From a virus (taxonomy: Duplodnaviria; Caudoviricetes), in IMG/VR virus record IMGVR_UViG_3300005805_000453, positions 1 through 25,119 of that record: a stretch of DNA of 25,119 nucleotides; one strand, written 5' to 3'. The position numbers and the translations under genes are program-made. The notes below the pieces were generated by a model. That model was not told where the DNA came from, made no database searches, and saw nothing but the letters and a program-made list of their open reading frames with translations. Below, piece after piece: positions 7,589-15,807 of the stretch (its first letter is position 1; each line of letters opens with the position of its first letter).

Positions 7589-8041
7589 TTAACAGGATTC
7601 AATAAGAGGTACTAGTTCCATAGCTTCACTATAAGAACGAGCCCATACTCTGTAACCATTAATCTCCCACATTTTCTTACCAGTATTTATATCAATTTCA
7701 TTAGGTGGTGGTTCTAATTCACCACTGCCCCAATCATTTTCTGGACGTAGAATGCAGAGAGGAAACCATACATGTTGTGATTGAACACCTCTAGCTGTTG
7801 GATACACAATAGAATTATGAGTAAGAAAGTCCAACATACCTTCATTCTCTGAGTAGTCCTTTACAAGGACTTCATTATCTCCTAGTAATACATCCGGGAG
7901 ATTAACGGTAGCTACCGCAAAAGGTAGGCCGTCTTCGGCATCCAGTAACTCTAATGCTGGACGTCCGTTTGAATAGTTTCTCTTGCGGATGTTAACTTTA
8001 ACTGGTTCAGATCCATCAAGAGAAATGAAGAAGCTCTTCAT
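7589..8041 (-). CDS. DUF4313-like protein
   Basis: YSNGRPALEL...GLPFAVATVNL...VLVKDYSENEG...L...G motif string. Confidence 0.6.
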   Translation of the reverse strand: MKSFFISLDGSEPVKVNIRKRNYSNGRPALELLDAEDGLPFAVATVNLPDVLLGDNEVLVKDYSENEGMLDFLTHNSIVYPTARGVQSQHVWFPLCILRPENDWGSGELEPPPNEIDINTGKKMWEINGYRVWARSYSEAMELVPLIESC

Positions 8042-9095
8042 GTTCTTGGAATTTTGTTTTTAAAAGTTGTTTGTTTGTATTGTAAAGCCAGCGTTTTACA
8101 TATTCGTGTAATTCTGCCGGTGCTTGTGTATTATGTGGTCCGTATAGTTGGTTAAACTTTAGTTCTTTTTGATCATAGTTTAAACCTAATGTGTATGTAC
8201 CTCCACTGTATGTTATATTATAAACAACATACATTTCATGTCTTACACTAGACCAATAGTTAGTAAATACACAGTGAGACATTTTTTTACCTTCAGTATA
8301 CATTTCTCTCTCACTGTCTATAAGTGTAAACCCTTCAGGTGTATATGGACGAAGTTTATCTAACCATTGAAGTTTGTCAGTTGACAAACTATCTGCTTCA
8401 ATATCCATAATCTCACGGGTCCACATCTTATGTTCTTCAGTCATACGTTTTTGAGACCATTTAAAATCTATTTTACGCTCAAGAGTAATAGCCTGCTGAC
8501 ACAAATCACTATAAGTATGATCTAAACTATTATCTTGTAAATACTCAAAGAAATGATCTAGATTCTTTGCAGTTTTAATACCAAGTAATAGTGTTGATTT
8601 ATTAAAAAATGTATTTGCTGTAATACATTTATTTAATAAAGCAGGTGAACCTTGAACTCTGTACATCTTAAGTATTGCTTTACATAAATCATGTGGGTTG
8701 GTTATCTTACCAACAATGATTTTACCAAGCAAAGAAGGAGTTATGTATTGTAGATAACAACTCTGAACCCACTCTCTTTTAAGATGTTTAAGAACCTCAT
8801 CTATATATGGAATCGTTTGTAATTTAGCATTAAACCAAACTCTCATACGACCATTGGGTTCTACTGTAAAACCTGATTTAGCATTAGACTTTAAAAAATA
8901 CTTTACACCTTTACTAATTTTGTAGGTATTATGGGAATAATGAATAGTCCCATCATCTTTTATTAAGATGTTTGCTTTTGAAGCGTGATTACCAGAAAAA
9001 CTACGGCTGTAAACTATGTTTTTCTTAATACCATCAGGCATTGCTAAGAAGTCTTTTACTTCTTGACGTACGTCAGCAAGTTGAATCGTTTGCAT
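8016..9095 (-). CDS. PcfJ-like domain protein
   Basis: C-terminal EGKKMSHCV motif and QLYGPHN, typical of PcfJ-like domains. Confidence 0.75.
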   Translation of the reverse strand: MQTIQLADVRQEVKDFLAMPDGIKKNIVYSRSFSGNHASKANILIKDDGTIHYSHNTYKISKGVKYFLKSNAKSGFTVEPNGRMRVWFNAKLQTIPYIDEVLKHLKREWVQSCYLQYITPSLLGKIIVGKITNPHDLCKAILKMYRVQGSPALLNKCITANTFFNKSTLLLGIKTAKNLDHFFEYLQDNSLDHTYSDLCQQAITLERKIDFKWSQKRMTEEHKMWTREIMDIEADSLSTDKLQWLDKLRPYTPEGFTLIDSEREMYTEGKKMSHCVFTNYWSSVRHEMYVVYNITYSGGTYTLGLNYDQKELKFNQLYGPHNTQAPAELHEYVKRWLYNTNKQLLKTKFQEHEELLHFS

Positions 9096-9105
9096 GTTAA
9101 TCAGT

Positions 9106-9336
9106 TTAATGAGGTTTGTAATTCCATTTACCTGTTTTTAACCCTGCTGCTATTTCATCAGGCAGCATATTATATTTAGTAATGGTATCTCCAATCATAA
9201 CTGTAAATAGTTGTTGTCCTTTATAATCATATTCTGTTGGCATTATTAGCACAGATTCAGTTATAACAATTGGATTTCTAGATACTTTTGTAGTACAACT
9301 AGACAATAACAAAAGCAGAATAAATAACTTATTCAT
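9106..9336 (-). CDS. Small lipoprotein
   Basis: Start at 9336 gives the SPase II signal MNKLFILLLLLSS-C. Confidence 0.65.
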   Translation of the reverse strand: MNKLFILLLLLSSCTTKVSRNPIVITESVLIMPTEYDYKGQQLFTVMIGDTITKYNMLPDEIAAGLKTGKWNYKPH

Positions 9337-9364
9337 TTGTAATGTTTTTAATGGTGAAAGGAAA

Positions 9365-10430
9365 TAACAGGATGAGGATATGACCTGTGATGTTATCATT
9401 TTAGGTGGTTTCCCACTTGCTCCACAGATTGTATTACTACAACCTAGATAACATAGCCACGGTTATTAACCGCTAATACTGTATTACAGAATATAGATTA
9501 CTTACTTTCTACAACTCCTTGCGGGTTCAAAGCCTGCCGGCTCTTAGTTAGTAGATCATGTTCGTCTCACCATCAGTCTTGCGAACTTCTGGGCCAACAT
9601 ATTACAGTTGGATAAGGCTATTGTGCCTGTAACACCGTGAACACTTTTTGCTTTATTATTTAATTGGTATGGCATTCAAACCATAAAAGCTCCAATAGTC
9701 TGTAGACAGGACGTAGTCCACGTTTGTAACTTGCCAGCTTTTGACTGGTTTAGCTACGACGCCCCGTTACTTTCCCCCGCCAAGGGTACTCATTGTAAGT
9801 TGTTCGTTATCCTATCATTTCTGAGTCCGCCACCACGCGTAGACTGAGGTATTGGTATACCTTTTAGGACGAAAACTAGTACTTACTTACGCAATAAGCT
9901 TGGCTGGCTTTTTACATAAGTTCATATAGTATCTGTCGGGATCACTCCCCAAGCTGACGTGACTAACGCCAGCCTACAATGCTTTCAGGTCTGCCCGACC
10001 TTACTCCACACCATAGTTAACTATACGGTTTTCTGATGACCAGGAGCTATACTCCTGTACAGGTAGGCTTGGAATGCCGTCCCCATTTTCCTGGCTTATG
10101 AATTCACCAGTTATTCTAACGAGCCGAAACCGCCCGTGCCAATTAGTTCAGAGCCACAAGGACTCTTTAACGCATACACCGTGGATAGTTTTAAATCCTG
10201 TAGGTTTGACAAGTATGCTTTTCACCACGTGTTGTACTTACAACGGTGGTGGATAGACTATCAGGTCTATCGGCTTACACCAAGAATATCTCACGCTTGG
10301 TTGTGGCTGGCAACTTACCAGATAGTGCTACGTATACAATAGCTGATTCGTCAATCAGCTCTCTGGTAGCACCCAGAGCAAGACAATAAGTGAACCAGGT
10401 CCCCGGTTAGGAGGATACCCAGTTCACCAT
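9365..10430 (-). ncRNA. Large (~1 kb) highly structured ncRNA, possibly GOLLD-class
   Basis: No minus-strand ORF of 60 aa or more; visibly richer in GC than its flanks. GNRA hairpins on the minus strand (GTGG-GAAA-CCAC, GGTTGTA-GTAA-TACAATC, CC-GCAA-GG), long-range helices and a pseudoknot; boundaries approximate. Confidence 0.65.
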
Positions 10431-10437
10431 AATAAGA

Positions 10438-10623
10438 TTAGAAACTAGAAGGTCGTTTAATACCGAAAGCGTAATTGTAGTTCTGCTTTATAATACGCTT
10501 ATAACTAGACCAGAACTTTCTTATTTCAGTAGCATCAAATAACCATATAGCTCGGAAAATATCTATTAGAGCCATAGGAATAAACAGGATAGTTAATAGT
10601 ACTATCTTCAAGAGGTACTTCAT
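10438..10623 (-). CDS. Small membrane protein
   Basis: Likely start 10623 (MKYLLKIVLLTILFIPMALI), hydrophobic N-terminus. Confidence 0.6.
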   Translation of the reverse strand: MKYLLKIVLLTILFIPMALIDIFRAIWLFDATEIRKFWSSYKRIIKQNYNYAFGIKRPSSF

Positions 10624-10733
10624 ATATTGAGGATTTGGTGACAATTTTAGAAGTGTCACCCATGACACCTATAACATAGGAAAACTATAATATAGTAATG
10701 GTATGTTATAAGAAGTATCACGGGTGACATGTC

Positions 10734-10937
10734 TTAGTCGAGTTTGTCTTCCACATCTACACAAACTATGATAGATGGAATCCATCCAAAAATCAGCATA
10801 AACATTGCTATGCCTCCTGATCCGGATACTTCTCGGAAGGATGCGTTGTCTGATAGAAGATAGACAAACAAAGACAGGATAAGCCAAGTAGCTGCTAACG
10901 TACCTAAGAAGGTAAGCATCATAAGTGTACCTTTCAT
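10734..10937 (-). CDS. Small two-TM membrane protein
   Basis: Two hydrophobic segments in 67 aa. Confidence 0.65.
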   Translation of the reverse strand: MKGTLMMLTFLGTLAATWLILSLFVYLLSDNASFREVSGSGGIAMFMLIFGWIPSIIVCVDVEDKLD

Positions 10938-10971
10938 ATATTGAGTTGTTTGGTGACACTTTAATAATTAC

Positions 10972-11103
10972 ATCCCTCTGCGTTCAGATGTATCCCTAGG
11001 CTATACAATAACTTACTATGCATGCTTTCAGTTATAGTTTTAAAACGCTTTCATTAGGATACATCTGCCTGTCCTTGGGAAACAGGTTGTGACGCATTAA
11101 AAA
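10972..11103 (-). ncRNA. Twister-like self-cleaving ribozyme (P1-type with long P5), copy 1
   Basis: TTTT-TAA-TGCG-TC...CCTGT-TTCCCAAGG-ACAGG-[CAGATGTATCC...GGATACATCTG]-AA-CGCA-GAGGGA. Confidence 0.72.
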
Positions 11104-11240
11104 GGAGTGGTTTCACTTCGCATTATATCCACTCCATACCTCGCTTCTAAGGTAGTATAGTTAACAAGTAGGAGTCTGTCATCCTACCACCTGTGTTTTA
11201 GTACAACCTTTCTTGGGGTACAGTTTTGGTTAACTAGTAT

Positions 11241-11364
11241 ATTCCCTCTGCACTCAGATGTAATAGAAAACATGGGTAATGCAGAAAACTTCAGGCATTA
11301 CTTAGTATTTTACATCTATTACATCCGCCAGCCCTTGGGAAGCTGAATCTTGGTGCATTAAAAA
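11241..11364 (-). ncRNA. Twister-like self-cleaving ribozyme (P1-type with long P5), copy 2
   Basis: TTTT-TAA-TGCA-CC...CAGC-TTCCCAAGG-GCTG-G-[CGGATGTAATAG...CTATTACATCTG]-AG-TGCA-GAGGGAA; stems covary with copy 1. Confidence 0.72.
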
Positions 11365-11454
11365 TAGTGTTTATCCTCTGACGTATACATCACACCAAAA
11401 CACTAAAGAAATGTGTGATTACGGAACTTGTATGTGTTAAAAGAAAAGAGCCCA

Positions 11455-11595
11455 TTACAAGCTATTAAACTTAGCACTAACTGACCCTGTATACTTGTTG
11501 ACTATATAAGATATAGGCTTAACAGGGTGCTTATGCATGTGAGCTATAGAACAAAAGGTTCGGTGATAATGCTTTGTATGTATGTTATCTTTCAT
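11455..11595 (-). CDS. Small hypothetical protein (46 aa, not in ORF track)
   Basis: MKDNIHTKHYHRTFCSIAHMHKHPVKPISYIVNKYTGSVSAKFNSL; co-oriented with its neighbours. Confidence 0.35.
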   Translation of the reverse strand: MKDNIHTKHYHRTFCSIAHMHKHPVKPISYIVNKYTGSVSAKFNSL

Positions 11596-11616
11596 AACAA
11601 ATGAATTGATTGATTA

Positions 11617-11874
11617 TTAACGGAAGTTATCGTATGGACTCCACCAGGTTATCTGATCAGAGCCTGGTATATGTTTCTCAAAGGATACATTAGTACCACG
11701 GTATATACCCTTACCAGTAAGCTTATACCATATCTTGGCCATCCAAAGTGTGGGAAAAGCCCAGACCCGGTAACCTCTGAAGTGATACTTCAGTTTAATC
11801 CAGAGCATACAAGGTGCATCTTCTGTGTGTATACTCTCGTAAGAACCAGAGTAGTTGGATACTATGATACGCAT
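11617..11874 (-). CDS. Hypothetical protein
   Basis: 85-aa aromatic-rich ORF with an A-rich leader. Confidence 0.55.
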   Translation of the reverse strand: MRIIVSNYSGSYESIHTEDAPCMLWIKLKYHFRGYRVWAFPTLWMAKIWYKLTGKGIYRGTNVSFEKHIPGSDQITWWSPYDNFR

Positions 11875-12317
11875 ATACAGTATTTTGGTTAACTAATATG
11901 TTATAGCTATCTTATCCGCGACCGAGGTTAGTTGCGGAAGCTGATTATACGGAAGTAAATAAGAACGGGTAGTGGTTGCCACTCACTCAGAGTAACACAC
12001 ACAAACCCGTTCTAATTCATTGGTGATCAGCGTTTTGGACACCTGGTTGACGCTGAAACCAGGACGGTGAACTACGCACTACGTAGTTCTTCTGCTAATG
12101 CTATCATAGCAGTGATACCTGCTACTGCAATAACAGTTCCGCTAGTGGTGATAACTAGCATAGTTCAGAAGATCTGATTTGGATTTGGTCCTAGAGGTTG
12201 AGACTCTGGATTAGGAATAGAAATAACCACTTCTGTTGCCAGGCTTATGTGGTGAAGCCCCGTCTGTTAAGACAGTATAGCCAAAGCTGTCTGTACTTGT
12301 TACAGTACCAAAACCGT

Positions 12318-12560
12318 TTACACGGTTCTGGTGATCTGTACAAGACTATTGACAAACCAAAAGGTACCGGCAAGGCTCTCGCCCTTGGTAGTCTTCAGGT
12401 CAGCACTAGCCTTTGCTACGTAGACTGGTTTGGTCCAATCTAGTTTGGCAGCAGCAAATACGGGACCGATCGGAGTATCAGCATACTCACGACCTTTGCC
12501 TTTCAAAATGTCAATCTTTGGCAGATTGCAGGCAGCTTTGAACATGTCCAATGTCATCAT
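12318..12560 (-). CDS. Hypothetical protein, first gene of the leftward unit
   Basis: 80-aa ORF with plausible composition. Confidence 0.65.
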   Translation of the reverse strand: MMTLDMFKAACNLPKIDILKGKGREYADTPIGPVFAAAKLDWTKPVYVAKASADLKTTKGESLAGTFWFVNSLVQITRTV

Positions 12561-12600
12561 AGCTTTAAAAGTTTAAGGGGGCACCATCGCCCTAAAAGTA

Positions 12601-12790
12601 AGCCGGGGAGCTGATGGCTAGTAGGCACTCACCCCCTCCTACATACTAGTTCTACAGTACCGGGGGGTTCTATGGTCTACAATAAAGCCGGGGGATAGTT
12701 ACTATATGGTTACTTAGTTACCGATTGTAATATAAAGGAGCATCTGTCTTAGATTAAACGTACCTTACCATGTAGTAACCAAGTAACCTC
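12601..12790. repeat. Strand-switch region with CCGGGG repeats and GTTAC/GTAAC inverted arrays
   Basis: CCGGGG at 12603, 12660 and 12688; GGTTACTTAGTTAC (12708-12721) is an inverted match to GTAACCAAGTAACC (12775-12788). Confidence 0.55.
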
Positions 12791-12850
12791 TTAAAAAAAT
12801 GAAGCACCTACTTAAAAACGGCTTGTGTTTAAAGTTTGTTATTTGTGAAT

Positions 12851-13222
12851 ATGTATACAGCCTACATAATGAATCTGAGTTCCCAGCTATGGGGAAAGAA
12901 GTGGCGGGCTGCTATTATGTGGCAATTAAAAGACGGACCCCTAAGATTTTCTGAAATAAAGAAGACATTACCGAGCTGTTCTGTAAAGATGCTATCCGAG
13001 GCTCTACAAGAACTGGAATCTAATAATGTTATAAAAAGAGTTGTACACTCAACCACTCCTGTAAAAGTTACTTACGAACTTCATTCTGATCTATATCCTC
13101 TTATAGAAGCTCAAAAGAATTACTACGATCTTTTGGCTCATTACTTCTTAAACAATAAAGAACACTACAACATCCCCCCTGAAATTGTAGAGTTACTTAA
13201 AGATAAACTAATTACTTCCTAG
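12851..13222 (+). CDS. HxlR/DUF24-family winged-helix transcriptional regulator
   Basis: GKKWRAAIMWQLKDGPLRFSEIKKTLPSCSVKMLSEALQELE...PVKVTYEL; start uncertain (12836/12851/12869). Confidence 0.88.
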   Translation: MYTAYIMNLSSQLWGKKWRAAIMWQLKDGPLRFSEIKKTLPSCSVKMLSEALQELESNNVIKRVVHSTTPVKVTYELHSDLYPLIEAQKNYYDLLAHYFLNNKEHYNIPPEIVELLKDKLITS

Positions 13223-13325
13223 TTATCTGATTTCGTAATCCATAAAAAAAGTTGGTGAAGGACGTACTTTATTTGTCCTCTTCTTGTTAGATATCCACCT
13301 TTGTTGATAACTTATTATTTTAACA

Positions 13326-13385
13326 TGTAGAACTTCAAGTTAAATTTGGAGAGTTTAAACTTATTAAGTATATTATAAGTGTAGA
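13326..13385 (+). promoter_or_regulatory. Candidate phage late promoter, copy 1
   Basis: TGTAGA..TTAAATTTnnAGnGTTTAAAnTT..GTATATT..TGTAGA, shared with 22842-22894. Confidence 0.5.
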
Positions 13386-13403
13386 CCTCAACAAACCGAC
13401 CTT

Positions 13404-13694
13404 ATGATACACACCTGTAACATCCATTGCCATACGATGGATTTAGATAGAGCCGATCTAATGGGCCTAACTGACAAAGGTAAATGGTTACCTTTTTGTT
13501 TCCACCTAGATATTGTTATTGCCTGTAAGCAAACCACTGATGACGAAGAGGAGTCAGTGTATAACTGTACCACTGTCTTTACTGATCAGGGAGACTCTTA
13601 TATTATAGATACCCCATACACAGAGTTTCAGACTATTTTTCAACTATATCATACTCAGGAAGGCTCTAAGCCAGCCGAGGATCTTAATTTTTAA
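13404..13694 (+). CDS. Hypothetical protein
   Basis: 96-aa ORF, first of the rightward operon. Confidence 0.7.
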   Translation: MIHTCNIHCHTMDLDRADLMGLTDKGKWLPFCFHLDIVIACKQTTDDEEESVYNCTTVFTDQGDSYIIDTPYTEFQTIFQLYHTQEGSKPAEDLNF

Positions 13695-13705
13695 AACCAA
13701 CCTAT

Positions 13706-13960
13706 ATGAGCACTGAACAACTAGAACAGGAAGAGCAAAAGACTCCTCCAACCAAAGAAGAGGTAATAGCATTCTTCCAAGAACAAATTGAGGTAAAGAA
13801 AGTACAGCTTGAGCTTCAAGAACTAAATACTGCAATGGCAGTAGGTAGAGCTGAAGAGCTCAAAGCACTGGCTTTTATAGCTCAGCTTACTAATCCTGCG
13901 AGCCAGAACGAAGAAGATGATGAACCAAAAGCACCCCGGTCCCTGAAAAAAGATAAGTAA
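13706..13960 (+). CDS. Hypothetical coiled-coil protein
   Basis: 84 aa, Glu/Gln-rich helix; TAATG overlap with the next gene. Confidence 0.75.
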   Translation: MSTEQLEQEEQKTPPTKEEVIAFFQEQIEVKKVQLELQELNTAMAVGRAEELKALAFIAQLTNPASQNEEDDEPKAPRSLKKDK

Positions 13961-14391
13961 TGAACACGCTCTATAAGCTTAGAGACTACAGAGAGACATA
14001 CATCTTTGAGCGTGAGCATCCCAAAGAACTACGTTGGGACGAGAAGTATAAAGTATACATGCTCAACGAAAACAAAGAGTGCCAGGGTATTTGGTTTAAG
14101 GACAAAAAAGGTCTGGCAGCAGAAGCTATCATGACCTGGCAAAGTGATAACGTAGTACACATAGATAGTTTTACGGTCCTGCCATTTCACCGCGGTCAAG
14201 GTCTGGGTTATCAGCTGATCACGACCGTTCTGGACTGGGCAAAAGACATGAGATATGAGTACCTAATAGGAGAAGCAAGGAAAGGAGCCAGCTGGCACAT
14301 CTTTGAAAATCTTGGAGCAGAACCGGTAGTGCTTCATAAAAACTGGGGTAAGACCGGAGAAGATTATATGAGTTTTAAAATGGAAGTATAA
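13960..14391 (+). CDS. GNAT-family acetyltransferase
   Basis: Motif A VHIDSFTVLPFHRGQGLGYQLI and motif B ASWHIFENLG. Confidence 0.85.
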   Translation: MNTLYKLRDYRETYIFEREHPKELRWDEKYKVYMLNENKECQGIWFKDKKGLAAEAIMTWQSDNVVHIDSFTVLPFHRGQGLGYQLITTVLDWAKDMRYEYLIGEARKGASWHIFENLGAEPVVLHKNWGKTGEDYMSFKMEV

Positions 14392-14756
14392 TGGCAATAG
14401 TTAATCAGGTGGAAAAAAGAGTGAGGATGAATACTTGGCAAGCTGTCAAGTATCAAATTCTTACGCACTGCTACCTGTATGACATACCGGTAAGTGAAGC
14501 AGATCTAAACTGTCTGACTCTACTTGCTATAGAAGGAGACCAGGAATTAACAAGTTTCTGTAACAAAGCATATGAGAAAAAGATTTTTTCTTCTACTCAG
14601 TCTGTACGTAACTGCCTGACCAAAGCCGAGAAAAAGAATTTGATAAAGAAGGAAGGCAAAAACAAGAAGAAGATCTATATCCATCCGGACATGAAGGTAA
14701 GCTCTGCAGGAAACATATTACTGGACTTTAAATTCTTATGCGTTGCGTCCTCGTAA
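14391..14756 (+). CDS. Putative winged-helix protein
   Basis: FSSTQSVRNCLTKAEKKNLIKKEG helix-wing pattern. Confidence 0.55.
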   Translation: MAIVNQVEKRVRMNTWQAVKYQILTHCYLYDIPVSEADLNCLTLLAIEGDQELTSFCNKAYEKKIFSSTQSVRNCLTKAEKKNLIKKEGKNKKKIYIHPDMKVSSAGNILLDFKFLCVASS

Positions 14757-15153
14757 AGCAAAAGAGTTTATACCCGAAGTAGCAAAAGATACTGCTCTTA
14801 GTGAAGAAGCAGTTTCAGCTATTGTTTCTTATTACTGGCAAGAAGTAAGAAAAAGCTTGAGTAGTTTGAAACACCCCAGAATACATGTCTCAAATCTTGG
14901 AGATTTTGTGACAAAACACTGGAAGCTAGATGACAAGATTGATATGCTTGAGAAGTTTGAAGAGAATAACAAACAAAAAGGATTGCAGAAAATAACAGCA
15001 AGGTATAAAACTGCAGAAACTTTGTTTGATCTAAAAAATTTAAAAAAGCTTATGGCAGAGGAAAGCCAGAGAGCTGAGTTTATAAAGATGCATAAAAATG
15101 AGTCTAAAAGAGAACATAATACGGATCTGGAAAGCAAAGAATCAGATACTTGA
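14743..15153 (+). CDS. IHF/HU-like DNA-binding protein
   Basis: EFIPEVAKDTALSEEAVSAIV...RIHVSNLGDF resembles the HU/IHF fold; IHF-like genes occur in crAss-like capsid modules. Confidence 0.6.
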   Translation: MRPRKAKEFIPEVAKDTALSEEAVSAIVSYYWQEVRKSLSSLKHPRIHVSNLGDFVTKHWKLDDKIDMLEKFEENNKQKGLQKITARYKTAETLFDLKNLKKLMAEESQRAEFIKMHKNESKREHNTDLESKESDT

Positions 15154-15427
15154 AGGTGTTACGAACTCCATCTTTAAAAGAGAAGATGTTGAAGAAATAG
15201 CTAAAGAAAGAATGAGTATCTGCAGAAAGTGTGATCTCTACACAGAGGCAGACTCTGGGTGTGTAGTTGCAGGTACAACTCCGTGTTGTAATCAGACAAA
15301 AGGTGGATGTGGTTGTTCTCTTGGATTTAAAACCAGATCATTAAGCTCTGACTGTCCACTTGGAAAATGGAAAGCAGAGATGAGTCAGCAAGAAGAAGAT
15401 TATCTAAATCAGAAGCTTGGCCTTTGA
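15098..15427 (+). CDS. Cys-rich putative metal-binding protein
   Basis: RMSICRKC...GC...PCC...GCGCSL..KTRS...CPLGKW. Confidence 0.7.
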   Translation: MSLKENIIRIWKAKNQILEGVTNSIFKREDVEEIAKERMSICRKCDLYTEADSGCVVAGTTPCCNQTKGGCGCSLGFKTRSLSSDCPLGKWKAEMSQQEEDYLNQKLGL

Positions 15428-15807
15428 GACCGGAAGAAACGATAGCACTAGATGTAGTTCACTCAATCTACAAGACAAAGACCATCTATCAAAAGATAGA
15501 AGGTGGTGAGCTATATCCAGAAAAAAAAGAGGTCCTGGTCAAACAGATCAAGGTAAAAAAGTGGTTTAAAAAAGATTGCATCAGCTCAATAGAAGAATAC
15601 GTAAACAGTAAAAATAAAATAAGTAAGCACCGCTCTGTGGTGTTTGATAAATTCTCAGGAAGGTTTTATGCAACCTTTCATAGTCCGCAAGATGTTTTAC
15701 GTCAAATATCCTCCACCCCTATGAATAACCCAATTGGATTCAACCATGATAATAACGTTCACTCCTCAACATCACAAATACAGCAGCATAGAGCCAGACG
15801 GAATTGA
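15424..15807 (+). CDS. Hypothetical protein
   Basis: Likely TTG start overlapping the upstream TGA (TTGA at 15424-15427). Confidence 0.55.
   Translation: MRPEETIALDVVHSIYKTKTIYQKIEGGELYPEKKEVLVKQIKVKKWFKKDCISSIEEYVNSKNKISKHRSVVFDKFSGRFYATFHSPQDVLRQISSTPMNNPIGFNHDNNVHSSTSQIQQHRARRN

Noticed and set aside
10026-10132. Hammerhead ribozyme (CTGATGA...GAAAC) on the plus strand
   Set aside because: No stem I or proper stem II geometry; it lies antisense within the large minus-strand RNA
10074-10342. Plus-strand ORFs 10074-10256 and 10136-10342
   Set aside because: Antisense to the local transcription direction, poor composition, and inside the structured RNA
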